A DNA stretch of 63,834 nucleotides, the filler included, from Octopus bimaculoides (lineage: Eukaryota): the NCBI RefSeq assembly GCF_001194135.2. It is 7 parts of 7 records of this genome, joined end to end, with 100 filler letters (N's around TTAATTAATTAA, not from the genome) between each part and the next. Parts side by side here need not be neighbours in the genome. Positions count along the whole stretch, not along the records: positions 13,525 to 36,306 come from NC_069002.1; positions 36,407 to 46,232 come from NC_068985.1; 5 more parts are not named here. The stretch is one strand, 5' to 3'. The position numbers were made by a program, and so were the translations under genes. Numbering within the stretch: position 1 is the stretch's first letter; every line of letters starts with the position of its first letter. The notes beneath the pieces were generated by a model, which saw nothing but the letters and a program-made list of their open reading frames with translations, ran no database searches and had not been told where the DNA came from. This document shows, piece after piece, positions 24,721 through 38,062 of the stretch.

Positions 24721-26177
24721 AACTTGACATCCGCATCTTATCCAAGCACCCAAAAGACCCAACTCTAAGACAAATACGGGAGTACGTTCTTATAAATGAA
24801 ACTTCCCCAATACTAAATAGGAAACATACGTAGATATCATACCCCCATACCCACATTTTACACAGGTAAAGTAGAACAGTTGATTTGCTTTTATGCAAAT
24901 AAAGGTATATATGTCTGTGAGTGTGGGTGTGTGCGTGTGTGTGTGCGCGTGTGTGTGTGTGTGCATGCCAATGTATGTATGGGTAGGTACATAGGGTACA
25001 CAATTGTCCACACATATGAAGATGTGCACCCATGCATGCAAACATGGTACATAACAGCAGAGTACACCCGCGCACACTCACTCAGACATGCACACACAAG
25101 GAGACAGAGGTACATACATACATATACACACACGCACACACATACATAAAAAAAGAAACACACACACACAAACGCAGAATACATACATACATGCAAACAC
25201 ACACATACATGCATATATACATACACACACATACATACATACATACATATTCACACACACACAGATACATACACACATGCACACATACACACATACATAC
25301 ATACACACACACTGAGACACACATGCGCAAAAAAAAAAAAGCAAAAATAGAACGCAACGTGAATAACGGACAGAGTCAAGACTATTGAAAAGGTTGCAAG
25401 ACGCAACGAAAATTTTAGGAAAATATAAATAATAAGTGGAAATTTCAACGGTGTGTGTGTTAAATTATAAGACACGATAAGAAAAGGACTCTCCCCAGAC
25501 ACAACAGAATATGCTTCAACACACGAAATCACATAAAATATCTTGCAAACCAAATCCAAAAGCGAAATATATATATGTATATATATATATATATNNNNNN
25601 NNNNNNNNNNNNNNNNNNNNNNNNNNNNNNNNNNNNNNNNNNNNNNNNNNNNNNNNNNNNNNNNNNNNNNNNNNNNNNNNNNNNNNNNNNNNNNNNNNNN
25701 NNNNNNNNNNNNNNNNNNNNNNNNNNNNNNNNNNNNNNNNNNNNNNNNNNNNNNNNNNNNNNNNNNNNNNNNNNNNNNNNNNNNNNNNNNNNNNNNNNNN
25801 NNNNNNNNNNNNNNNNNNNNNNNNNNNNNNNNNNNNNNNNNNNNNNNNNNNNNNNNNNNNNNNNNNNNNNNNNNNNNNNNNNNNNNNNNNNNNNNNNNNN
25901 NNNNNNNNNNNNNNNNNNNNNNNNNNNNNNNNNNNNNNNNNNNNNNNNNNNNNNNNNNNNNNNNNNNNNNNNNNNNNNNNNNNNNNNNNNNNNNNNNNNN
26001 NNNNNNNNNNNNNNNNNNNNNNNNNNNNNNTTGGTATCCAGAAGACCCAAAAGGCAGGTAAGTCTATGTAAGTGCTACGGGTTCTTTTTCCACCGAAACA
26101 GCTGTATGACCACCTTTCTCTTTATAAATATCCTAGAAATATCCCGTGCCTTTGCCTTAATATCATATTTCATTTAA

Positions 26178-26227
<50 letters not shown>

Positions 26228-26299
26228 CATGTACACACACACATGTACACACATACACATAAACACGCGAACACACATATACAGAAATGCACACATATA

Positions 26300-26690
26300 T
26301 ATGTCCAGTCTCACTTGGGAGCTACTGGTAACATCTAACCAGGTGCAATGGCTGAATGGACGGGTCATCGGCGACTAAACTGGCAACTCCATCGAGCCTG
26401 CTTGATGAGGAGGGTGATTGTTGGACACCGTGAAGGACGAAAAATAAGACTTCTTTAAGGGCGGAAGTGTTCATGAACAGTCAGCGGCCATTCAGCAATG
26501 TGTGTACATGTGCAAGTACGCCTGCATATATGCGCTGGGACGTGGAAATACCTGGGTTAGTGTCCAGGCACGCTGTTGGCCAACTGTGAGTTGGAGGCCC
26601 TTCTATTGGTGTCACAGTCCCTATCTAGGGGAGGGAAACTGTGAGAGAAAACCTGCGACACAGACAATATTCGACGATGTACATTAGTTC
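26300..26690. mobile_element. GC-richer segment resembling an RTE-type LINE 5' UTR
   Basis: GGCGACTAAACTGGCAACTCC and CTAGGGGAGGGAAACT..AAAACCTG recall RTE 5' ends; no coding support. Confidence 0.3.
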
Positions 26691-27230
26691 TTCTCTTCTA
26701 GTTTATATTGTCCATGTTCAGAGAGTGGGATTGGATTTGTGCAAATCATCTATCCGCTACAAAAAATGATCATGCGTAGGCATAAAATAATGGCTCGTCG
26801 TAGCCTTCCGATATGTCAGAGTTTTTACCCTTTATGGCAATACTCGAGCACGCGGTTGCAGCTCTCTTAATATATGTATTTAGTAGTACACTTTTACTTG
26901 GTGGTACAACATAAGTTACGATCCATCAGTCTGGGTCTCTTCAAACACATTAATAATGATGACTCATTAGAGGCTTGTAGTGTCGGTTGACTTGTTATAT
27001 GCCCATCAAGATAGGGAATAATTAATAAATAAATAAATAAATAAAAGTAAATAATATTATAGAAACAGAAATTCAAATATGAACGTGCAAATCTTACTTT
27101 ACAGTTTAGAGAAAATGACCTAATCAGCTTTTGCTGTCATAACTGCTTAGAGGAGAAAGATGATTAATACTTAGACAAGTAGTTTTATTTTCGTGCATAT
27201 ACATACAGACTCACACAGGAACACAGATAC

Positions 27231-27276
<46 letters not shown>

Positions 27277-27284
27277 CACATTTA

Positions 27285-27830
27285 GAGACAAACCACCGCG
27301 CTCTAGAACTCAGTCAACCAAGAACCCGTCCAAAACCATGCAGCGAGGCATATACCATATCAATAGTTACCTAAAATTTTAATCTAAAATTTTAATAATT
27401 TTAATAATATATAATATAACATATAAAGAAATATTCATCATAAAAATATTAATTTAAAAATCAAAATTATAGATAGGACAGTAAAATTAATACAATAATA
27501 TAAAGTGTGAAAGTATAAATGTATAAAAGTCAGTGCTAGTACATAGACTACGCGCGTTTCATGGCTGAAATAGGACTATATAAAATCATAAGCAGATTCT
27601 ATCCAAGTTCATTAGAACGGGGAAATGATTTTACTCCCCAAATCAGTCACTCTTCAGGTCAAATTCCTAAAAAAATATTCAAGGAATAAGCATAATCATG
27701 AGAAATAAGAATATATATAAAGAGACAAAACCTGTAAACTAATCCCTACATTAACGGTATTAATATAATTATTAAGAGTTACAATCTAAAATTATTGAAA
27801 AAGAGTATTATAGTGAACAAGGTTAAAACA
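27285..27830 (-). mobile_element. Penelope-like pseudo-LTR remnant
   Basis: Contains a minimal type I hammerhead fold with palindromic stem III, a known signature of PLE repeats; abuts (TA)n. Confidence 0.55.
27543..27663 (-). ncRNA. Type I hammerhead ribozyme (PLE-type), predicted cleavage after GUA between 27549 and 27548
   Basis: Minus strand: GAC-CUGAAGA-GUGACUGA...UCAGCCAU-GAA-ACGCGCGU-A-GUC; full catalytic core, 3-bp stem I, 8-position stem II (one G.U, one mismatch), self-complementary stem III. Confidence 0.75.
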
Positions 27831-28339
27831 TTATGGAAGAGGTAAATAATAGTAAAAAAATGTGTTAGTGTATAAAGTTAATAAAAGACGTATGTCAATA
27901 TTGTTTAGNNNNNNNNNNNNNNNNNNNNNNNNNNNNNNNNNNNNNNNNNNNNNNNNNNNNNNNNNNNNNNNNNNNNNNNNNNNNNNNNNNNNATGCATAG
28001 ACATACACATGCATAGACGTACATATACATTTATATTATACATATATATAAATTTAAGTAATAAGGGCGAAACATTGAATGATATGATTAATATCAATTT
28101 TAAACCAGTGGCCTTCCAAATTGAAAAAAATCTGAAGGTTCACAAAAATTACATTACATGCATATAAGAGGGATGACCCCTAAGTGGACATCGATTTTGC
28201 TAGAAGTAGACCACCTATCGTCTGACTACTCAGAAAAACTAACCGTATTCAGAAATTATATTTTACCGCTACTACGAATTCTTGTGAACAATAAATAACA
28301 ATGTCACTCAGTTGGTATTACACACGAACACGCGCATAA

Positions 28340-28514
28340 ACAATATCTCTCTCCCTCTTCTCTCACTCTCTCTCTCTCTCTCTCTCTCTCTGTGTTTCTC
28401 TCTCTGTCTCTCTCTCTCTCTCTCTGTGTTTCTCTCTCTGTCTCTCTCTCTTTCTCTCTCACTCTCTCTCTCTCTCTCTCTGTGTTTCTCTCTCTGTATC
28501 TCTCTCTTTCTCTC

Positions 28515-28548
<34 letters not shown>

Positions 28549-28558
28549 NNNNNNNNNN

Positions 28559-28603
<45 letters not shown>
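28340..28603. repeat. (CT)n microsatellite with a repeated CTGTGTTTCTCTCTCTGT interruption unit
   Basis: Seen directly; the interruption recurs three times. Confidence 0.9.
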
Positions 28604-28605
<2 letters not shown>

Positions 28606-29919
28606 CTATTAACTCTATCTCCCTTTCTGCTTGTTTCTGTTTATCTGCCTTCATATGATATTTCACACATACAAACACACCAGGCATGTTACTGCATTCT
28701 TCACACACGTTTCGTATTAGCTTCCAAATGTCGCTCACCAAGCAGTCGACTTGTTAGAGCAAACATTTTTCAGACCAGTGTACAATTTTCCTACAGGTAT
28801 CAAACTTGACGCATGCGCGGACACTTGCGCCTACTTTGCACTTGATATATATATATATATATATANNNNNNNNNNNNNNNNNNNNNNNNNNNNNNNNNNN
28901 NNNNNNNNNNNNNNNNNNNNNNNNNNNNNNNNNNNNNNNNNNNNNNNNNNNNNNNNNNNNNNNNNNNNNNNNNNNNNNNNNNNNNNNNNNNNNNNNNNNN
29001 NNNNNNNNNNNNNNNNNNNNNNNNNNNNNNNNNNNNNNNNNNNNNNNNNNNNNNNNNNNNNNNNNNNNNNNNNNNNNNNNNNNNNNNNNNNNNNNNNNNN
29101 NNNNNNNNNNNNNNNNNNNNNNNNNNNNNNNNNNNNNNNNNNNNNNNNNNNNNNNNNNNNNNNNNNNNNNNNNNNNNNNNNNNNNNNNNNNNNNNNNNNN
29201 NNNNNNNNNNNNNNNNNNNNNNNNNNNNNNNNNNNNNNNNNNNNNNNNNNNNNNNNNNNNNNNNNNNNNNNNNNNNNNNNNNNNNNNNNNNNNNNNNNNN
29301 NNNNNNNNNNNNNNNNNNNNNNNNNNNNNNNNNNNNNNNNNNNNNNNNNNNNNNNNNNNNNNNNNNNNNNNNNNNNNNNNNNNNNNNNNNNNNNNNNNNN
29401 NNNNNNNNNNNNNNNNNNNNNNNNNNNNNNNNNNNNNNNNNNNNNNNNNNNNNNNNNNNNNNNNNNNNNNNNNNNNNNNTATATATATGTATATATATAT
29501 ATATACATATATACATACATACATATATATTCCTTGTTTCTTTCTGTGTTCTTTTATGTCGAAGAGCGTAGGCTCGAAACGTTAAAGGCTTTTTATGAAA
29601 AGTAACGATAGATATATACAATTAGATGAACTGAGGTAGGAATAATTGTAGTAAATGTCATTACTGTGAATTGTTAAAGAGATTCAAAAACATACCGGTT
29701 TCGTAAAAACACTCATCATTGCTTTGAATGCACACCGATTACTGAACGGTGTCAGATCTACTAGTTACTGAGTAAATAGATTATATAGAAGGGAGGTAAG
29801 TAGTTCTGGATTTGGTGCAATTAGGGTAGATATAGATCTGTAATGTGAATGGTGTAAGGGATGTATGGGTGTTAGTGGTATTAATTGAAAGTTTAGTTGT
29901 ATTCTATATTATGTTATGG

Positions 29920-30130
29920 GTTCATATTGAGTTGTGGAAGATATTTATTGAGGAAAGTTGCCTCGTTGTTCATTCTTTATTTTACTGAGGTGTTTTGTGA
30001 ACGTTGATAGATGGGGGAAATTAGGAAATTAGAATTAAGATTCCTAGCACACCTTTCTATGTGTTCACTGACTTGTATATATTTGTATCGTGGGTGGCGG
30101 ATTTATTCAAAAGTGAAGTAAGCGTTCAAC
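29920..30130 (-). mobile_element. Penelope-like GIY-YIG endonuclease C-terminal remnant
   Basis: IRHPRYKYIQVSEHIERCARNLNSNFLISP..EATFLNKYLPQLN (cf. QQIR.P..R....S.HI..C...F.IFP..R...E..FI....P.LN). Confidence 0.7.
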
Positions 30131-30295
30131 AGTGAAAAAACTGATATTTGTTGTCGGTCGAAAGTTAAGGAAATACATTTGAAGTGCATAGTAAAGAATT
30201 AATACATTTTCATTTTTTCAGACTTTAGGCTTTTGCGTAAGTAGAATTGTTACCGCATTGGATGAATGCTTTGCAAAATTTAGTTACATCAAGGA

Positions 30296-30500
30296 GGCTA
30301 TCTGGCAGAATATTTAACACGCCGGACAACACGCTTAGCGGCATTTCGTCCGTCTTTACGTTCTGATTTCCAATCTGACCGTGACCAATTTTGCATTTGA
30401 TCCTTTCGACGCTCATAATACACGTACCAGTTGAACACCGGGTTTGATATAATCGATATAGCCCTTCCCAGCATTACATGGTCTTGTACTAAAATTAGAA
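30296..30500 (+). mobile_element. SINE family B, degenerate
   Basis: TGGCAGAAT..CACGCCGG..GCTTAGCGGCATTTCGTCCGTCTTTACGTTCTGA..GTACCAGTTG. Confidence 0.85.
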
Positions 30501-30761
30501 ACCAATAGTTAGCTACGACTCTGACACAAATAGATTTACATTTCATCAGTTTTATGATCATGAAAATTCTAATAATTCATGGTATTCGTTTCGGTTTGGA
30601 TTTGTAAACACACATGTATGTACATGAGTGTGCGCGTGTGTGTGCTTGTGCGTGCCATTTACAACATCTTTAATATCTACACTTCAATTTTTATTCATTT
30701 CGCCAGCTTTCCCCATTCAAATATTTTCTGCGGACTCCAATGTCTCGTTCTCATTCAACGT

Positions 30762-30826
<65 letters not shown>

Positions 30827-30850
30827 TCTCCCTCTATCTATATATCTGTA

Positions 30851-30895
<45 letters not shown>

Positions 30896-31759
30896 CTCAC
30901 CATTCTCTTAATTGTTACGCATCATCCGCAACATTACTTTCACTCACCTATTTAATACTTTTATAGATCATATAATTTATATTCATCTGTACAAGTGCAC
31001 CAGAACCAAGAAAGCAGCAGACAACATCCGGTGGGGTTAGTTAGCCTTGTTTTCATCCTACAAAACAGAACCTATTATTAGAATGCATGACGGACGCTAT
31101 AACAGTCGTTATAGATTTTTGTTGAATAACATGGTGGAGCTTACACCTTCCTCCTTTCCATCTCCCTCACCTAATAATTTCCGGTGTTATAGTTTAGACA
31201 AAAAGCCATTGCAGCGGGAATAAAGAATTAGCTGTGGTGAAAGAGAACAAGCAAGTTTATAATTCATTTATCGTTCTACTTATATTATTGTAAGCTTATT
31301 TATTTTCATTCTCTTTCTGTTTTAGCACAAAAGAATTTAGAAAAGCAGGGAGTTTCGATATCGATTTCCACACGGGAAAACTAACGATGATGGATTTCAG
31401 AGCTAAGTATACGTCTATATAACTGAAATAATGTAATGGAACCACTGGCCTCCACTTCCTTGGGCAAATCATTTGACATCTAAGACGGACACTCGTTATC
31501 CATAATGAATCAGAGTGGCACAGCTATTTGATCTCTATAATGAAAGTCAATACTAGAGGTATGTAAACTCTATAAGGAAATATGTCCCCTTAACTTTGAT
31601 TAAGACAACCTAAAACTAATGTCCCTTCAAATCACGTTACCATTTCAATAACATTTCAATAGCTAGCATCGTTCTCTATTCTTCGTTTAAAAACGAAAAG
31701 ATTTGATGGTTATAAATGGAATGTATTTCGCCATCGCTTAGTTTCCTCGGATCTGACTA

Positions 31760-34035
31760 TACTGGTCAACAAAATTAAATGTATTATATTCATTATGAAT
31801 GCAAACCAACTTTTTTAAACTAACTTTTTCATGCTGATTTCGAAGTTTCACTCCATTCATATACTGCACGTATAAGTGTTTCAGTAGATGCATGCAAATA
31901 TTTACACATTTTGTACATATGAAATTATTAACGTAATAAATAAGGACATATTCTTTTTAGAAAGTAAATGTGTCCATTGAGTTAAGACTCATCACTATCA
32001 TTCTACTAAGAGTGAATACACAAAAAATGGGTCAGACAAAACAGACAAAGTTAGAGCAACAGGATTAGAATCATTGGGATTTGGATTTCCTGCGGTGTTC
32101 CCGATCTGATTGATCACGATAGTGTCCAGCAGTAGCCAGCTAGTATACTGCTATTCCAGAAGGCTTGGTACCGTTTCTCCATAGCACTAATATTCTGGTG
32201 AAAATTTTCACCATCTTCATCCTGCTCCAAGTTTATCTGCGAAGAACTCAATTGAGAGTCGAAGAAGTGTACTTTCAGTGACATGTGACAACCCATTGCT
32301 GAGTAACATTTCAGAAGATTGTTGATGCCATATCCTTGTAGTCCATTGCCTTCTTGTTACCCAAGAAATTCTCACAGATCCAATTGAAAGCATTCCAGGC
32401 AGGAAGTTCCAGTTCGTCCCGTTTTGTCTCGAAGTTGACATCTTTGAGTACTTCTCTAATTTGGGGACCGACCAGGATACCCTCTTTCAACTTCACCTGT
32501 ATGATTTTAGGAAACATTTCTACAATATACTCAAACATTCTGGCATTTCTTTTCTGTAGTGTTTTTACAAACTGTTTCATCAGAATAAGATTAATGAGCA
32601 ACTGCGGCAATAGGACATTGCATGGATCTCCAAGAGGTGTATTGTTGACGCTAGACTGTCCTGGTTGGTATGATGTTCTTGTCTGCCAGTTTGATTCCGA
32701 ATAATGTCTGTATTTTATGAAACCTGACATTCCAATGACTTTTAAATCACCACATATTTTCATGAGTAACCTTCATAGGCAATGACATGAAGTAAAAGTT
32801 CCATATTCCCATGTGATTCATGAAGATGGACGGAGTGGGCAATAGGAATGGAGGGCTTCAGGTTACCATTATGGAGAAGTAAAGCTTTTAAATTTCGCTT
32901 TGAAGCTTTAATACCACTCTGCAGGATCATGATTTTGTGATTAACATTCGAAAATCTACCGATGATACTGCGAAAGCAATGCGGGCTTTCCACAGAAAAA
33001 CATGTTTATAGAACCACATTTCTCTGCCGAAAATAAGTTATACGAACACCGTGCTCTAGCGGATACTTCTCAATCAGTCTTTATGACAAGAGTTCTGCTT
33101 TATCTTTTGAGAAGGATAGGTTTCTGACAATGTCATTCAGTTCAGCTTTGAAAATCATTGAGGTTCAAAGCTATCGTCATCAGCTACGTAATCTTGCTCA
33201 GCAGCACTATCGTGATAGTCATCAACATCATCTAATGTCGCAATACCATAATCTGGTGGAACTGGAATTGGCAGACTTCTACTCTGAGGCACAGGTCTCA
33301 TTGTAGAATCCAAACTGGGATACACAATTTTCTGCTTATTCCTCATAGAAAATCCTGTGACATTTACTTTGCAACTTACCATTAAAATGGTATTTCGGCT
33401 CCCTCCATATAATTGGAATAGCAAAAGGCATGGACTTATTATTATTGAACCAGTCACCTAAGCCATTTGAGCAATCTGAGCAGATAAAATGTGAGACCCA
33501 TAACTTGTATTGATCTCCAAGAGGACAGTAAAGTATAGCTTATAAATCTTCTTGGTATCTGGTGTTATATCTGGTGTTATTGTAGGGCTTTGACGGTTTA
33601 TCCACAGTCTTGACGTTGTTAACACGATAAAACAAATAAGGAAAGAGATACAAACGGTTATACTTATACTGAATTTGAGATGATGAAATATTTCATCAGA
33701 CCAATTATAACTATACAATCTGTGATGTTGAAATACTCATTTCATCAAACAAAACTTGACTGGTTAATTTAATATGATGAAATATTGCATCTAAACTATG
33801 CAGCAATGAATAATGTAGTTTATTTTAAAGGTATGTTTCCATGATTAAATGAAATACATGCATACACATCATTATTGGAATTTCTATATAATGCAAGAGC
33901 TAAAACTAAAATACTTTCTAATCTTGAAAATTGTACTTGATGTCAAAAAAACAAAAAAAAACAAAACTGATTGTATATTTGAAATCAACATTAAAAACGA
34001 TATATGCTTGATGATAAATACTTGTTGACCAAACG
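31760..34035 (-). mobile_element. Near full-length Chapaev3-like (CMC group) DNA transposon with pseudogenised transposase at about 32110-33720
   Basis: LGDQYKLWVSHFICSDC..FAIPIIWREP; IVYPSLDSTMRPVP; LKALLLHNGNLKPSIPIAHSV; ICGDLKVI; LMKQFVK..KEGILVGPQIR..FLGNKK; GCHMSLKVHF..GENFHQNISAMEKRYQ..AGYCWTL; TIR core TGGTCAACAA at 31763-72 and 34022-31; possible CTA TSD. Confidence 0.75.
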
Positions 34036-36269
34036 CTATCGCCAGCAAGAATCCTGTAACATTTCTTGGTGATTCAGCTTGTCGAGACGTCACATCTATT
34101 CTACATCTACAATTATCATTCTGGTGATACGAAAATATAATTTACAAACAGGAATATACTGTACATCTAAATATTCAGTTGATGAGGAATGTGGCAGGTA
34201 AGATAATGATTATCATGGATACTGTTGACAGTTATATTTTCTGCGTACAATAATTATACTCCGAACTATTCTTATTCAAGAAACTAATCTCTCCAGCACA
34301 AACTGCTATATGTACAACAATAAATTTGTTTAATTAGAAGCGACGAGTACTGGACTGCAGCAGTCAGTCGTTTATGAATCGTATGACAATAGTTCAGCCA
34401 ATGAAATTTGATCACACGTATTCTTCTCTTTGAAATCTTACATGTCGTTTCATTTCATTCGCTGTTTCCGACAGAAATGAGTTTCTCTGTAATTTTAGTG
34501 GAGCATTTTAGAGATAAATCATTGGAAACAGTCAGAATGTTGTTGTGATGGCAGATACAAACCAGCATTAACCTCAATGATATGTAATATTTCAAATGAA
34601 TAATTTATGTCTTTATAAGTAGAATAATTCGGCAGCTGTTTCAAAAGGAAACATCAAATGGATCATATAACTTTCTCAAACCATAGGCCTATAAGGCAGG
34701 TTTTCTAGGTTCTGTGGTGATTATAAAATCTAAAATACATTCCAAGGAGACCCCCATTTAATAAGATATGAATGAAAAAATAATGTTCTGTATATATTGA
34801 ATATTCCACAGCCATTATTCGAAATTGCCAAATTAGGGAAGGAATTTTTACAAATACTCATTAGTTTCTTAGTGATATTGGATCTTGTTTATAATACACC
34901 TGCACGGAAATGATCTAATAATATCGATACTGTCCGGAGAGGCCACTTCACTTACCAAACATCACACTTTCACACTTATTTGTACTTTGGTTTTTAATTT
35001 CTTATTGATAGTAATTTTGAGATATCTCATTTGATGTGCATGATAAAAACTCCACAATAAACTGATAGATCTTCATGATGATGTAATTTAACTTAATTAA
35101 AAATTATTCAAAATTATTAGTGAATGTGAAAACTACTTAGCAGTCTATTTAAAAAGTTAAGGGGCTGGGAAAACAGTTAATGGGACCAAATTATCTGTGC
35201 AACTCTGTGAATCAGAGGAGATAAACTGTCTCAATGACACGGTGTATTTCTTTTGACGCGAATCATAACACTAATACAGCGATCGATGATGTGTTCGTTA
35301 ACTTTTGGCACTACTCACAAATGCTATAAAAAGTAATTTATTGAATATACTGACGAAATGCTTTTATCGTATCCAGAGTGAAATATATTTATTGCCAGTT
35401 AATATGTTGAAAACTAAGACTGGCCTCAACATAATGACTCTGTTTCGCCTAACGATCGCTGTACAAATAAAGAGAGACAGAAAAGAAACAAGAAACTAAT
35501 AAATAAAAAGAATCAATTTGTAAAAAGCTGCAAAATGTGGCACTGGAAAATGACGGCAAATAATTTTGGAGAAATCATTTATTTCTAGAATAAGCAATTT
35601 AGATGCGAAGAAGGTCAGTGGAATTTGATTAACGAGCAATTTCAGTAACCGCGGCGTTGCTGGCTTAAAGGTTGAAGTAATTAGTTGATTGACTTAGTGC
35701 GGCAACGTTTAATAGAAGAACTATTAGAATGCCAACCAAATGTGACATTCATGCTTTGAAGAGGCAAATGGCAATCTGGCAGAAAACCTGAGAGATCAAA
35801 AATCCAAACGTTTCAACAAACCTTTCAAAATAACTTACTTTAATTCAGGTTTAATAAAGAAATAGTTTACAATGTGTTTTATTGATTTCTAGTTTTTAAC
35901 CATAACAATATTTGAAATACTAATTTCATGAGGCATTCTCTTTAAACGCTTGATATTAAACTTTACAAACAATTTCTCTGTTGTAGGCTAGTATGTTTAG
36001 CCTAGCACCCTAGAAGTTAGGACGTCTCGCGTCTTGTATATTTGATTACCAAGGAAAGCTACAGACCTGAAAAAGAGAAACGGCAACGTTAGATCTGCCA
36101 ACTTCTACCCGGGTCACTACAGCAAACATCTGCTTATCAAGTACAACATTGTCTGGTCGCGTGTTTCATTCAAGGAACGTATTTCTTGGTCACCAACAAA
36201 ACTGCCATAAGTTACACAGGGAAAAAAGAATATATACACCAAATTTGTAATTGTTGACGGCGAAGAGCG

Positions 36270-36306
<37 letters not shown>

Positions 36307-36406
36307 NNNNNNNNNNNNNNNNNNNNNNNNNNNNNNNNNNNNNNNNNNNNTTAATTAATTAANNNNNNNNNNNNNNNNNNNNNNNNNNNNNNNNNNNNNN
36401 NNNNNN

Positions 36407-36770
36407 CAAGCATCTCAACAATTTCACCAGATCTACCTTTCAGCGTGCCGACGTTGAGAGTGCCAATCTTAACAGTATGGGTGTTGGGGGTGTGGGCCTG
36501 TAGCCTGGGAAGGGGAAAAGCAGTGTCGTGTACCTGAAAAGAAAACTTGCAATTGGAAGAATTCATAAGCAAAACAGTACCTACAACCTGCAAACATTTC
36601 TCAACCTTAATGCGCTACCCAAAGGTAGGGGAGAGGATGGCCAAGGCCACTAGATGGGTTCCGGGAGACAGCCGAGGTTGACAGGATGACAGAGGAATGA
36701 ACTTCCGGTGGAGGGGGTGGGATGACAGGCAAACATAAATGGTATTTCAAGAGAGGAGAAATTATGTATT
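36407..36770 (-). mobile_element. RTE-clade LINE 5' end (5' UTR plus start of APE endonuclease)
   Basis: VKIGTLNVGTLKGRSGEIVEML is the canonical RTE APE N-terminus; cut at a linker gap. Confidence 0.85.
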
Positions 36771-37291
36771 AACAGGATTGATTTTAATCCTTCTTTCTCT
36801 TTTTTTTTTCTTTTTTGATTTCTGTTGTATGACATAGGGTGCATGTATTCATGTGTGCACACATGCATGCAGACACAAATATGCACATAGTAGCTAATGA
36901 GTATGCACAAATGCACATACAGAGTCAGGCACCATGATTCCAAGGTTAAGGGCTGCCAGTCTTTTGGCCTTAAAATAATGAATTCAAACCTTGCTGTCAC
37001 TTTATTGGAACAGTATGGTACTCCCCTACACACTTCCAACCTGAATGGATGGGCAAGCACCAAACTGTAAAATCACTTCTTCTATCCCAAAACAACAAGA
37101 CTGTCATAGTTGAAGTATGTTAAATGATAGGATCCAAAATATAATAAAGCAAACATTCTTGTTAATTAACATTAATAAATCCAGACTGGATAACATTCCA
37201 TTCAAGATTACACTCAGCACTGATTATAATATATATATACCACCAGATGAAAATAATACCCTTTTCTCATCTGAATGTGTCATGTATGTTT

Positions 37292-37511
37292 AAGGCAGCA
37301 AGCTGCCAGAATTGATGGAATGCCAGAAAAAAAAAAATGCTTAGAAACATTTCATTCATTTTTATGTTCTGAGTTCAAATTCTGCTGAGGTCAAATTTGC
37401 TTTTCATCCTTTCAAGGTCGATAAAATATGTACCAGTTGAGTACTCGGGTCAATGTAATTGATTTACCCTCTCCCAAAATTGCTGGCCTTGTACCAAAAT
37501 TTGAAAGCAAT
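37292..37511 (+). mobile_element. SINE family B
   Basis: AAGGCAGCAAGCTG..GAGTTCAAATTCTGCTGAGGTC..GGTCGATAAAA..GTACCAGTTGAG..GCTGGCCTTGTACCAAAATTTGAAA. Confidence 0.88.
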
Positions 37512-37678
37512 ATGTCATGTATTTTGATTGTTTTACTTTATAGGTTTTGCGCACAGTTCTTCATGGTGACAGAAATATATACTATTTGCAAATGTTATAC
37601 ACTCTATTTGCCAAAACTATCAAATTATTATAAATTGTATATAAAAGTCTCTTTGGATAATTTAGACATCAGTGATTC

Positions 37679-38062
37679 AGGAGTGGCTGTGTGGTAAGTA
37701 GCTTGCTTACCAACCACATGGTTCCGGGTTCATTCCCACTGCGAGGCACCTTGAGCAAGTGTCTTCTACTATAGCCTCGGGCCGACCAAAGCCTTGTGAG
37801 TGGATTTGGTAGAAGGAAACTGAAAAAAAGCCCATCGTATATATGTATATATGTGTGTGTATTTGTGTGTCTGTGATTCCAACATCGCTTGACAACTGAT
37901 GCTGGTGTGTTTACGTCTGTGTAACTTAGCAGTTCAGCAAAAGAGACTGATAGAATAAGTACTAGGTTTACAAAAAATAAGTCCTGGGGTCGATTTGCTA
38001 GACTAAAGTCGGTGCTCCAGCATGGCAGCAGCCAAATGACTGAAACAAGTAAAAGAGTAAAA
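37679..38062 (+). mobile_element. SINE family A, near full length
   Basis: Colinear with the 8504 copy from CAGGAGTGGCTGTGTGGTAAG to the ACAAGTAAAAGAGTAAAAG tail. Confidence 0.92.

Noticed and set aside
26300-26690. Possible HDV-like ribozyme in the RTE-like 5' UTR
   Set aside because: The nested double-pseudoknot pairings could not be assigned by eye
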